Of a stretch of 64,000 nucleotides of DNA, positions 44,455-56,829 are shown in pieces. A program made the translations under genes and the position numbers. Under the pieces are notes generated by a model. It made no database searches and was not told the origin of the DNA. It saw nothing but the letters and a program-made list of their open reading frames with translations. Within the stretch, counting starts at the first letter, position 1. Each line of letters begins with the position of its first letter. This DNA is from Macrostomum hystrix (Eukaryota > Animalia > Platyhelminthes). Location of the stretch: the NCBI GenBank assembly GCA_950097015.1, contig CATNEN010000037.1, positions 3,348,001 through 3,412,000 on the forward strand. The letters run 5' to 3'.

Positions 44455-45302
44455 ATCATCAGTTCCAGTCCATCTTATCTTCAGTTCCAGTCCATCCTAT
44501 CTTCAGTTCCAGTCCATCTTATCTTCAGTTCCAGTACTTACTATCTTCAGTTCCAGTCCGTATTATCTTCAGTTCCATTCCATCGTATATTCAGTTCCAG
44601 TCCATCTTATCTTCAGTTCCAGTCCGTATTATCTTCAGTTCCATTCCATCGTATCTTCAGTTCCAGTCCATCTTATCTTCAGTTCCAGTCCGTATTATCT
44701 TCAGTTCCATTCCATCGTATATTCAGTTCCAGTCCATCTTATCTTCAGTTCCAGTCCGTATTATCTTCAGTTCCATTCCATCGTATCTTCAGTTCCAGTC
44801 CATCTTATCTTCAGTTCCAGTCCGTATTATCTTCAGTTCCATTCCATCGTATATTCAGTTCCAGTCCATCTTATCTTCAGTTCCAGTCCGTATTATCTTC
44901 AGTTCCATTCCATCGTATCTTCAGTTCCAGTCCATCTTATCTTCAGTTCCAGTCCGTATTATCTTCAGTTCCAGTCCATCTTATCTTCAGTTCCAGTCCG
45001 TATTATCTTCAGTTCCAGTCCGTAGTATCTTCAGTTCCAGTCCGTATTATCTTCAGTTCCAGTCCGTAGTATCTTCAGTTCCAGTCCATCGTATCTTCAG
45101 TTCCAGTCCATCTTATCTTCAGTTCCAGTCCGTATTATCTTCAGTTCCAGTCCGTAGTATCTTCAGTTCCAGTCCGTATTATCTTCAGTTCCAGTCCATT
45201 TTATCTTCAGCTCCAGTCCATCTTATCTTCAGTTCCAGTCCGTATTATCTTCAGTTCCAGTCCATCTTATCTTCAGTTCCAGTCCTTCTTATCTTCAGTT
45301 CC
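44455..45302. repeat. 22-bp minisatellite (CAGTTCCAGTCCATCTTATCTT)n with a 66-bp trimeric higher-order unit
   Basis: Direct reading; CATCTT / CGTATT / TTCCATCGT variants cycle. Confidence 0.95.
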
Positions 45303-45854
45303 GGTGCTGCAAACATCAGTTCCATTCTGTTCGGTTCTATTTAGGCTTCAGTTCCTCTCAGCGCTCTTCAGTACCTAAAAATCTTTCATGAAGTAATAGT
45401 TTCTCAACTGTAAAGTACGCGCATAACTCCCCAGTTCTGCGGAGCAAGGTAACACACCCGATAACTCTCCGTAAAGTCATGTGACCCAAACAAGTTTACC
45501 AAAACAGCTTAGCGTACAGGAAGTAGATCCCAATTTTAGAGTTGAACATCTGTGGATCGTTTGACTGGCTCGCCACCCCTTCAATCACCTGTGCAAACAG
45601 AGGCTGATCGTTTTCGCAAAAACTTTCACCAAACTTGGATTTCGAAATCTAAGCACTACTTTTTGGCTTCATTGGACCTTCTGTTGATGGGTTCTTCAGG
45701 TTCTTGACTCACTTCCTCAGTTGCAGAGTCCACCTGATCTCTGGACCCTGTTTTCTTGAATGTACTTTTAAATACCACTGCCTGAATAACGGCAGCTAAC
45801 ATTGCAATAAATTTACTGGGGTCAATTGAAAGACTACGCAAATTGCATTTAAAA

Positions 45855-47195
45855 CACTGTGTACACTGCAGTCAAAGGACTGTGCACAATTTGCAGTTGA
45901 AGGATTGTACTGTGTACTGTCTGCAGTTTAAGGACTGTGTACACTGCGGTTAATGGACTGTGTACACTGCCGTTGAAGGACTGTGTACACGGCAGTTAAT
46001 GGACTGTGTACACTGCCGTTGAAGGACTGTGTACACGGCAGTTAATGGACTGTGTACACTGCAGTTGAAAGGACTGTGTACACGGCAGGTTAATGGACTG
46101 TGTACACTGCCGTTGAAGGACTGTGTACACGGCAGTTAATGGACTGTGTACACTGCCGTTGAAGGACTGTGTACACGGCAGTTAATGGACTGTGTACACT
46201 GCCGTTGAAGGACTGTGTACACGGCAGTTAATGGACTGTGTACACTGCCGTTGAAGGACTGTGTACACGGCAGTTAATGGACTGTGTACACTGCCGTTGA
46301 AGGACTGTGTACACGGCAGTTAATGGACTGTGTACACTGCCGTTGAAGGACTGTGTACACGGCAGTTAAAAGACTGTGTACAATGCAGTTGAAAGACTGT
46401 GTACACTGCAGTCAAAGGACTGTGCACAATTTGCAGTTGAAGGATTGTACTGTGTACTGTCTGCAGTTTAAGGACTGTGTACACTGCGGTTAATGGACTG
46501 TGTACACTGCCGTTGAAGGACTGTGTACACGGCAGTTAATGGACTGTGTACACTGCAGTTGAAAGACTGTGTACACTGCAGTTAAAAGACTGTGTACAAT
46601 GCAGTTGAAAGACTGTGTACACTGCAGTCAAAGGACTGTGCACAATTTGCAGTTGAAGGATTGTACTGTGTACTGTCTGCAGTTTAAGGACTGTGTACAC
46701 TGCGGTTAATGGACTGTGTACACTGCCGTTGAAGGACTGTGTACACGGCAGTTAATGGACTGTGTACACTGCCGTTGAAGGACTGTGTACACGGCAGTTA
46801 ATGGACTGTGTACACTGCCGTTGAAGGACTGTGTACACGGCAGTTAATGGACTGTGTACACTGCCGTTGAAGGACTGTGTACACGGCAGTTAATGGACTG
46901 TGTACACTGCCGTTGAAGGACTGTGTACACGGCAGTTAATGGACTGTGTACACTGCCGTTGAAGGACTGTGTACACTGCAGTTAATGGACTGTGTACACT
47001 GCCGTTGAAGGACTGTGTACACGGCAGTTAATGGACTGTGTACACTGCAGTTGAAAGACTGTGTAAACTTTTCAGTTACAGGACTGTATACACTTTGCGG
47101 TTGAATAACAGTGTACAGTCTGGAGTTGAAGGACTGTGTGAACTATTCAGTTGAAGGACTGTGTGAACTATTCAGTTGAAGGACTGTGTACACTG
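45855..47195. repeat. 23-bp minisatellite (GGACTGTGTACAC(T/G)GC(C/A)GTT..)n with alternating 46-bp dimers
   Basis: Direct reading; each unit contains the GTGTACAC palindrome. Confidence 0.95.
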
Positions 47196-47864
47196 AATTT
47201 CAAAGGACCACTTGTACGCTCGTAGTTAATATAGAAGTATAGAAAAAATTGTCCAGATACTCAGATACTTAGCAATTAAAAGCTAAACGCTAGTGTTTCT
47301 GCCTTCATTGGCGATCAGCATTTCTTAATATCAAAATAGACACGTTTTTGTATGAAAGGATATTAATTACTGGAAGTTGGTAATTTCACTTCCGCATTTT
47401 GCTGATGATCGACAGGAGAGATAATTAGTACAGTAAAAAATAACTATTTAACTATTTAAATAAAAAGGGTGTAAATTATGAACACCCTACTCACCAGTAG
47501 TAGCATATCAATATTCCCAAGCTTTTGAGACTGTAGGATCAAACAAGCCAACTAATTATAGCATTACTCAATCTTACTTCATTCTATTGCTTTAGAATAG
47601 AATAAAACATTGAGTATTCTTGGGATTAGGTATTTTATAAAAGAATTGCAATTACAATGAAGCTTTTGAACAGGAATATGCATGTATGGGTGTCGTGTTG
47701 CTGTCTAGCCTGTGTGCTTTTAGTGACCTGGTGTCCCTGTGAAATCAATGCCATCCCATACATCTACAGATCCCAATCGATGAGTTTTTGAATGTTAATG
47801 CCACGATGAATTAGTAATTTGCAAAAAAAAATTTTCTGCTGACTTCTTATGTTAAGATTTTAAA

Positions 47865-48375
47865 AAAGTCGGGGATTTAAGAAGGTTGGGATTTTAGAAA
47901 TCGGGATTTTGAAAATCGGGATTTTGGGAATCGGGATTTAGGAAATTGGGATTTTGGAAGATTGGGATTTGGGAAATCGGGATTTTGGGAATCGGGATTT
48001 CGGAAATTGGGATTTTAGAAATCTGTGTTAAAAAAATCTGGATTTTGAAATCGGAATTCTAGAGATCGGGATTTTTTTAATCAAGATTTTGGAAATCGGG
48101 ATTTTGGAAATCGGGATTTTAGAAATCGGGATTTTGGAAATCGGAATTTCGGAAATCGGGATTTTGGAAATCGGGATTTTAGAGATCGGGATTTGGGAAA
48201 TCGGGATTTCGGAAATCGGGGTTTTTTAATATCGGGATTTTGGAAATCGGGATTTTGGAAGATTGGGATTTGGGAAATCGGGATTTTGGGAATCGGGATT
48301 TCGGAAATAGGGATTTTAGAAATCGGGATTTTGGAAATCGGAATTTCGGAAATCGGGATTTTGGAAATCGGGATA
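47865..48375. repeat. 15-bp repeat (GGGATTTTGGAAATC)n
   Basis: Direct reading. Confidence 0.93.
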
Positions 48376-48924
48376 AGAGGGGATCGGAATTTGGGGTGAA
48401 GCTGGATTTTGGAAGAATCGTGATTTTGTGAATTTGGCGATTCAGCTGGGTTGTGATCTTTTTCAAGGACAGAAAAAGCTAATAAAAAATCCTGCAGCCT
48501 CGATAAGTGGACTAAGGCTGGGCTACTCAGGAAGTCCCACCGGCGGTTGAATATTAATATAGATAAGTAAAGGAGCCCTAACATGAGTAGCCTTTAGCCT
48601 CCCGCATTACAGGCTGTTGCTAACCCACTGCCAAAACCAGATAGCACAAGTAGGGGCAGAAGATGTGTGAGTAGTGGGCGGGTCTGCAGGTTGGGCGAAG
48701 CCGAAATACTGTCGCGCTGACGAAGGTGTTAGACTGGCGGTTTGACAATGAATTATTGAGCAGCGTGCTGTCGCATGAGTCTATTCGGCTGGCTAGGCTT
48801 GGTCTTGGAGATAATCCTGGACCAGCGGGCTCGCAAAATTTCACGCCTCGCTTTGCACTTTATACAGAAAGGTGTCGCTAGGATGCGTTCTAGCCGGTCT
48901 CCTAGCAACAGTTGCTTTCACAAG

Positions 48925-49270
48925 AGGTGGAACTGAATATTTAAATTATTCGATAGTGACGATTTAAAAGAGTGGAACTGAATGCTAGAATGAATGGAAC
49001 TGAATGCTAGAATGAATGGAACTGACTGCTAGAATGAATGGAACTGAATGCTAGAATGAATGGAACTGAATATTTCAATTATTCGATAGTGACGATTTAA
49101 AAGAGTGGAACTAATTGCTAGAATGAATGGAACTGAATGCTAGAATGAATGGAACTGAATTCTAGAATGAATGGAACTGAATGCTAGAATGAATGGAACT
49201 GAATGCTAGAATGAATGGAACTGAATGCTAGAATGAATGGAACTGAATGCTAGAATGAGTGGAACTGAAA
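48925..49270. repeat. 22-bp repeat (GAATGAATGGAACTGAATGCTA)n with a duplicated AT-rich insert
   Basis: Direct reading. Confidence 0.92.
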
Positions 49271-49554
49271 TGCCAGTGGAGAAAAATGTTCTGATGTGAT
49301 TAGGCCCTCGTCTGTGGCTAAATTTCCCTTTTCTTCCTTCCTCGCCTCTGCTCCTCAGACTGTCACAGATGTTAAGCATTGCTAGAACAATAATAAATCT
49401 AAAACTTTGTTCCCATTTATGGACACCTTTTCCCCTAAAAGCTAAGCTTCGCTAACATTTTAAGGCCACAGTTTACAATGTTTTACTATTTCGTTTCTAA
49501 TCTCTTAAGAAACACTTTTTTGCCTGTGCTTAATCTACATTTGAAGCGAGGCTT

Positions 49555-50480
49555 ACTGGGGCTTGATGTGTTCTATGGCTAACTGGGGCTTGATGTACAG
49601 TTGTGCTATGGCTAACTGGGGCTTGATGTACAGTTGTGCTATGGTTAACTGGGGCTTGATGTACAGTTGTGCTATGGCTAACTGGGGCTTGATGTACAGT
49701 TGTGCTATGGCTAACTGGGGCTTGATGTACAGTTGTGCTATGGTTAACTGGGGCTTGATGTACATTTGTGCTGTGGCTAACTGGGGCTTGATGTACATTT
49801 GTGCTATGGCTAACTGGGGCTTGATGTACATTTGTGCTATGGTTAACTGGGGCTTGATGTACAGTTGTGCTATGGTTAACTGGGGCTTGATGTACAGTTG
49901 TGCTATGGTTAACTGGGGCTTGATGTACAGTTGTGCTATGGTTAACTGGGGCTTGATGAACAGTTGTGCTATGGCTAACTGGGGCTTGATGTACAGTTGT
50001 GCTATGGTTAACTGGGGCTTGATGTACAGTTGTGCTATGGCTAACTGGGGCTTGATGTACAGTTGTGCTATGTCTAAATGGGGCTTGATGTACAGTTGTG
50101 CTATGGCTAACTGGGGCTTGATGTACATTGTGCTGTGGCTAACTGGGGCTTGATGTACATTTGTGCTATGGTTAACTGGGGCTTGATGTACATTTGTGCT
50201 ATGGCTAACTGGGGCTTGATGTACATTTGTGCTATGGCTAACTGGGGCTTGATGTACATTGTGCTGTGGCTAACTGGGCCTTGATGTACATTTGTGCTAT
50301 GGCTAACTGGGGCTTGATGTACATTGTGCTGTGGCTAACTGGGCCTTGATGTACATTTGTGCTATGGCTATCTGGGGCTTGATGTACATTTGTGCTATGG
50401 CTAACTGGGGCTTGATGTACATTTGTGCTATGGCTAACTGGGGCCTGATGTGTTCTATGGTTAACTGGGGTTGATATACG
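49555..50480. repeat. 33-bp minisatellite (CTATGGCTAACTGGGGCTTGATGTACAGTTGTG)n
   Basis: About 27 copies; source of the spurious IAQLYIKPQL ORFs. Confidence 0.96.
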
Positions 50481-51231
50481 CTTGAAGTAAGGCTAATTGA
50501 GGTTTTTTATACATTTAAAGCTAGGCTAACTGCTGTGGCTTGATGTGTGATATGGCTAACTGTGGCCTGATGTACATTTGACGAAAGGCCAGTTAAACGT
50601 GTGCACAATTGGGTAGGTTTTTAGTCTAGTGACATCAAAAAGGTGAGATTTTTTTTTAAATGCTAATACTTTCATTTTTTATCCCTCGTAAAAAATATAA
50701 TAGCAAGCGAAATGCAATTACAGAGATTAAAACAAAATTGAAAGCGAAATTATTAAATTATTTTTTAACGTCGCTTGTAGTGTGTTCTTCAGACAGTGGT
50801 TATATTTTAAATTAAAAGTGTAGTTTTTTACACCATGCTTGGCGCACTGGCTATCCAGCCCATATCTATTCTCACAAAAATCAATTGGATTATTTTAACC
50901 AATTCGGTGTATGCCCTATCTGTCTGAAAAATCGATTAGCCTCATGGGGGACATTATCTAACGGAGGCTCGTTATTTCTCTCTTTAAAAAAAGAATCGGG
51001 CCTTAGGCCGCATTAACTCTCTAAGCACGCAGTCTGTTTAGTAAACAGGGGTATGAAACATCAATTATTGAATTTCTGCCTAGTGGGGTTTTCGTGCGCG
51101 CAAAGTTTATTGGTTGATTAATTGTCGTTCTACGATTTTGTGCTTCCAATTATTTCCGCTCAAATTTTTCTTATCTTGCACCTTTCTCAATCCAAATATG
51201 CGGCAACGGTTAATGCCTTGGAGCTTTCAAA

Positions 51232-54200
51232 AGGATGAGGCAGTGTTCCTGAGGATGAGGCAGTGTTCCTGAGGATGACGCAGTGTTCCTGAGGATGACG
51301 CAGTGTTCCTGAGGATGACGCAGTGTTCCTGAGGATGACGCAGTGTTCTTGAGGATGACGCAGTGTTCCTGAGGATGAGGCAGTGTTCCTGAGGATGACG
51401 CAGTGTTCCTGAGGATGACGCAGTGTTCCTGAGGATGAGGCAGTGTTCCTGAGGATGACGCAGTGTTCCTGAGGATGACGCAGTGTTCCTGAGGATGACG
51501 CAGTGTTCCTGAGGATGACGCAGTGTTCCTGAGGATGAGGCAGTGTTCCTGAGGATGAGCAGTGTTCCTGAGCTGAGGATGACGGCCGTGTTCCTGAGGA
51601 TGAGCAGTGTTCCTGAGGATGAGACAGTGTTCCTGAGGATGACGCAGTGTTCTGAGGATGAGGCAGTGTTCCTGAGGATGAACGCAGTGTTCCTGAGGAT
51701 GACGCAGTGTTCCTGAGGATGACGCAGTGTTCCTGAGGATGACGCAGTGTTCCTGAGGATGAGGCAGTGTTCCTGAGGATGACGCAGTGTTCCTGAGGAT
51801 GACGCAGTGTTCCTGAGGATGACGCAGTGTTCCTGAGGATGAGGCAGTGTTCCTGAGGATGAGGCAGTGTTCCTGAGGATGACGGCAGTGTTCCTGAGGA
51901 TGAGGACAGTGTTCCTGAGGATGACGCAGTGTTCCTGAGGATGAGACAGTGTTCCTGAGGATGACGCAGTGTTCCTGAGGATGAGGCAGTGTTCCTGAGG
52001 ATGACGCAGTGTTCCTGAGGATGACGCAGTGTTCCTGAGGATGAGGCAGTGTTCCTGAGGATGAGGCAGTGTTCCTGAGGATGAGGCAGTGTTCCTGAGG
52101 ATGAGGCAGTGTTCCTGAGGATGAGGCAGTGTTCCTGAGGATGAGGCAGTGTTCCTGAGGATGACGCAGTGTTCCTGAGGATGAGACAGTGTTCCTGAGG
52201 ATGACGGCAGTGTTCCTGAGGATGACGCAGTGTTCCTGAGGATGAGACAGTGTTCCTGAGGATGACGCAGTGTTCCTGAGGATGAGGACAGTGTTCCTGA
52301 GGATGACGCAGTGTTCCTGAGGATGACGCAGTGTTCCTGAGGATGAGGCAGTGTTCCTGAGGATGACGCAGTGTTCCTGAGGATGAGACAGTGTTCCTGA
52401 GGATGACGCAGTGTTCCTGAGGATGAGGCAGTGTTCCTGAGGATGAGGCAGTGTTCCTGAGGATGAGGCAGTGTTCCTGAGGATGACGCAGTGTTCCTGA
52501 GGATGAGGCAGTGTTCCTGAGGATGAGACAGTGTTCCTGAGGATGACGCAGTGTTCCTGAGGATGAGACAGTGTTCCTGAGGATGACGCAGTGTTCCTGA
52601 GGATGACGCAGTGTTCCTGAGAATGACGCAGTGTTCCTGAGGATGAGGCAGTGTTCCTGAGGATGACGCAGTGTTCCTGAGGATGAGGCAGTGTTCCTGA
52701 GGATGACGCAGTGTTCCTGAGGATGAGGCAGTGTTCCTGAGGATGAGGCAGTGTTCCTGAGGATGACGCAGTGTTCCTGAGGATGACGCAGTGCTCCTGA
52801 GGATGACGCAGTGTTCCTGAGGATGACGCAGTGTTCCTGAGGATGAGACAGTGTTCCTGAGGATGACGCAGTGTTCCTGAGGATGAGACAGTGTTCCTGA
52901 GGATGACGCAGTGTTCCTGAGGATGACGCAGTGTTCCTGAGGATGAGGCAGTGTTCCTGAGGATGACGCAGTGTTCCTGAGGATGAGACAGTGTTCCTGA
53001 GGATGACGCAGTGTTCCTGAGGATGAGGCAGTGTTCCTGAGGATGAGGCAGTGTTCCTGAGGATGAGGCAGTGTTCCTGAGGATGACGCAGTGTTCCTGA
53101 GGATGAGGCAGTGTTCCTGAGGATGAGACAGTGTTCCTGAGGATGACGCAGTGTTCCTGAGGATGAGGCAGTGTTCCTGAGGATGAGGCAGTGTTCCTGA
53201 GGATGAGGCAGTGTTCCTGAGGATGAGGCAGTGTTCCTGAGGATGAGGCAGTGTTCCTGAGGATGAGGCAGTGTTCCTGAGGATGAGGCAGTGTTCCTGA
53301 GGATGACGCAGTGTTCCTGAGGATGAGACAGTGTTCCTGAGGATGGGGCAGTGTTCCTGAGGATGGGGCAGTGTTCCTGAGGATGAGACAGTGTTCCTGA
53401 GGATGGGGCAGTGTTCCTGAGGATGGGGCAGTGTTCCTGAGGATGAGACAGTGTTCCTGAGGATGAGACAGTGTTCCTGAGGATGAGACAGTGTTCCTGA
53501 GGATGACGCAGTGTTCCTGAGGATGAGACAGTGTTCCTGAGGATGAGGCAGTGTTCCTGAGGATGACGCAGTGTTCCTGAGGATGAGGCAGTGTTCCTGA
53601 GGATGAGACAGTGTTCCTGAGGATGAGGCAGTGTTCCTGAGGATGAGGCAGTGTTCCTGAGGATGAGACAGTGTTCCTGAGGATGACGCAGTGTTCCTGA
53701 GGATGAGGCAGTGTTCCTGAGGATGACGCAGTGTTCCTGAGGATGACGCAGTGTTCCTGAGGATGAGGCAGTGTTCCTGAGGATGAGACAGTGTTCCTGA
53801 GGATGACGCAGTGTTCCTGAGGATGAGGCAGTGTTCCTGAGGATGAGGCAGTGTTCCTGAGGATGAGGCAGTGTTCCTGAGGATGAGGCAGTGTTCCTGA
53901 GGATGAGGCAGTGTTCCTGAGGATGACGCAGTGTTCCTGAGGATGACGCAGTGTTCCTGAGGATGACGCAGTGTTCCTGAGGATGACGCAGTGTTCCTGA
54001 GGATGAGGCAGTGTTCCTGAGGATGAGGCAGTGTTCCTGAGGATGAGACAGTGTTCCTGAGGATGACGCAGTGTTCCTGAGGATGAGGCAGTGTTCCTGA
54101 GGATGACGCAGTGTTCCTGAGGATGAGGCAGTGTTCCTGAGGATGACGCAGTGTTCCTGAGGATGAGGCAGTGTTCCTGAGGATGACGCAGTGTTCCAGA

Positions 54201-54371
54201 GGATGAGGCAGTGTTCCTGAGGATGACGCAGTGTTCCTGAGGATGAGACAGTGTTCCTGAGGATGACGCAGTGTTCCTGAGGATGACGCAGTGTTCCTGA
54301 GGATGACGCAGTGTTCCTGAGGATGACGCAGTGTTCCTGAGGATGAGACAGTGTTCCTGAGGATGACGCAG
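51232..54371. repeat. 3.1-kb 20-bp satellite (GCAGTGTTCCTGAGGATGA[C/G])n, about 157 copies
   Basis: Direct reading; the register is held across 60-nt lines for long stretches. Confidence 0.99.
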
Positions 54372-55574
54372 GATATCGTCTTTTAGAATCTCTCTTTGGC
54401 CCGACGAGGTATATATGTGATCCCTGTTCCATTTGATGTACATGTAGTCTGCCATCACGCTGGCTGTGCGTGAAAACAACATCCCCTACGTGACCTTGAC
54501 CTTGAATCATTCGCTGACAGCGTGAGTCTAACGAGTAAAAAAACGAGATTACTGATTTGCTACAATAATAATATACGAAAAAATGTATACTCGAAATTAT
54601 TTTTCAATGGATTCCACACGTAAAATATTTACTGAAGAATAATTTTTCGCTTTTTATCGATATATTTATTGATTTTAGCACGATTTCTCGAAAAAAATAG
54701 TGTAAAAATATCAGCACTTGTTAGCTCGTAGTTTGTGCGCATAGTAACAAATATAATATTGATAAGAATAATATTCTGATCCCACACGTGACTCGAAAAC
54801 GATTCCTTAAAATAACAGACTTCCATTTTTTGCCAAATAATTTAGGCTTCTAGATGGATAATGGTAGCATGTGGGACAGAAACGGTAATTGTTGGGTCTC
54901 GAAGTCTGACGGGAAATGAATTGTTTCTTTGGGTTTCGCAATAAAGTGGATTCTGTTGATAGATCAGAAAATGAAGCGCTGAAGACACAGAGAGAATTGT
55001 GAGCTGGCCAAAACATCCTGGTAAGTGACAAAGGGAAAAAAACTTTGTGAGTCGACAACATTTGGACTTGGATGAACAAGGTTGATGAGACGTGAGGGAG
55101 GAAGGGTAGGATAAATGTAGGATAAATTTTTATGATCTCCCATTCATGCCAAGCAAAGACAAACAATATAGCAGCGGCTGTGCTCAAGTTCAAAGAGCTG
55201 ACACAACTAAACACAAGACGCTCGTTGACGATGGGCGGTGCTTTTTGTGTACACGGGTTAATTCGAGCACGAATGAAGCTCTATACAATGCGACTCTCGC
55301 GTTTGCTTTGCACGAAAATGTGCGATGCAAATTGTTCTACAGAGGCAGCTAGAAAAATCTGAGTAAGGAAGATTATGGATAACGAAGGTGGGAAGGGATA
55401 TGGGAAGAGGATCAGAAAAAGCACGCTAGGAGCAAACGATACTAACGAGAGCAGTTGAGGAGTGGGAAGAGAGGAGAAAAAACAATAGAGATGTTTTCTC
55501 TCTTACCTTTTAAGATCAGAAAAATATAAGGAAGAGAAGAGGGATAGAAGAGGGAGAGAAGAGGGAGAGAAGAG

Positions 55575-56305
55575 GGAGAGAAGAGAGGGAGAGAGCGAGA
55601 GAGAGAGGGAGAGAGGGAGAGAGGACACTGCCCATTGAATTTCAAAAATCTAATGTTGGAACCGATTCCGATATGTATCGAAAAAATTGAAATCTGGATT
55701 CGAACCAAGGCAACTCCAGACGCGTTTCGCTCTTATTGGAGCTCATAAGTAGAGTCTAGCCTAGCGCTCTAGCCATTAGGCTATAGGCGCTTGTTCAAAT
55801 CCAGAAGAGGGAGAGAAGAGGGAGAGAAGAGGGAGAGAGAGAGAAGAAGGGGAGAGATGAGGGAGAAAGAGAGAGAGAAGAGGGAGAGAGAGGAAGAGAG
55901 AGTGAGAGGAGAGGAAGAGAAGAAGAGGGAGAAGAGGGAGAGAAGAGAGGGAGAGAGGAGAGGTAGAAGAGGGAGAAGAGGGAGAAGAGGGAGAGGAGAG
56001 GAATAGAAGAAGAGGGAGAAGAGGGAGAGAAGAGAGGGAGAGAGAAGAGGGAGAAGAGGGAGAGGAGAGGAATAGAAGAAGAGGGAGAAGAGGGAGAGAA
56101 GAGAGGGAGAGAAGAGAGGGAGAGAGGAGAGGGAGAAGAGGGAGAGGAGAGAGGGAGAGAGAAGAGGGAGAAGAGGGAGAGGAGAGAGGGAGAGAGAAGA
56201 GGGAGAAGAGGGAGAGGAGAGGAATAGAAGAAGAGGGAGAAGAGGGAGAGAAGAGAGGGAGAGAGGAGAGGGAGAGAGGAGGGAGAGAAGAGAAGAGGGA
56301 ATAAG
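55575..56305. repeat. Polypurine (GA/GGA/AAGAGGG) low-complexity tracts
   Basis: Near-pure purine on the + strand at 55540-55625 and 55803-56303. Confidence 0.92.
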
Positions 56306-56829
56306 TAAGTTGGTGGATTTTGAATCCTGATGCTTCGTATAAGACAATACCAGTGAAAGCAAATGTGAGATATAGCAGAGGCTGAATCAGAAGTCTGAAG
56401 GCGGATGTGAAAGTCAGGACATGAGAAGGGAAATTACTTAAAATTTGTAAAAGTGGTAGGTACGAGCTACGTCACTGCGAGGCGAGTCAGTCGCCAGTTT
56501 TTAAAAGATTGTTTTTTTAATATGAATTTAATATTTCGAATTTATTTTTCAATCAAGTCAACTTGTGTCATTTGCTGCTTCACATTGGTCTAGTCAAATG
56601 TGCAAATTAAGTAACGGAGAAATGATTATTTGCCGTGCACTTTTAAGAAATTTCAGCTTGGAGTGAATTATTCGATGATTATAGAAATTTTACTTTTATG
56701 GGCTAAAATATGAAAGTTTAATTATCTCCAACAAGAAAGGAGAAAAAAAATATTTTAGTAATAAACGACTAGATAGTATAATAAAAATGACTTGCCTTGC
56801 TTCTCCGCTTCTCTCTTCCTTCCGGTTCG

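Noticed and set aside
42645-47195. CRISPR-like appearance of 23-27-bp partly palindromic repeats
   Set aside because: Units are contiguous with no unique spacers, there are no cas genes, and the context is eukaryotic.
51187-54510. 1107-aa and 1090-aa ORFs
   Set aside because: Stop-free translations of the 20-bp satellite; 20 is not a multiple of 3, so the peptide cycles through all frames. No coding signal.
54372-55030. Exons flanking the large satellite (either strand)
   Set aside because: Several splice-like sites exist, but no combination gave a convincing open, recognisable protein.
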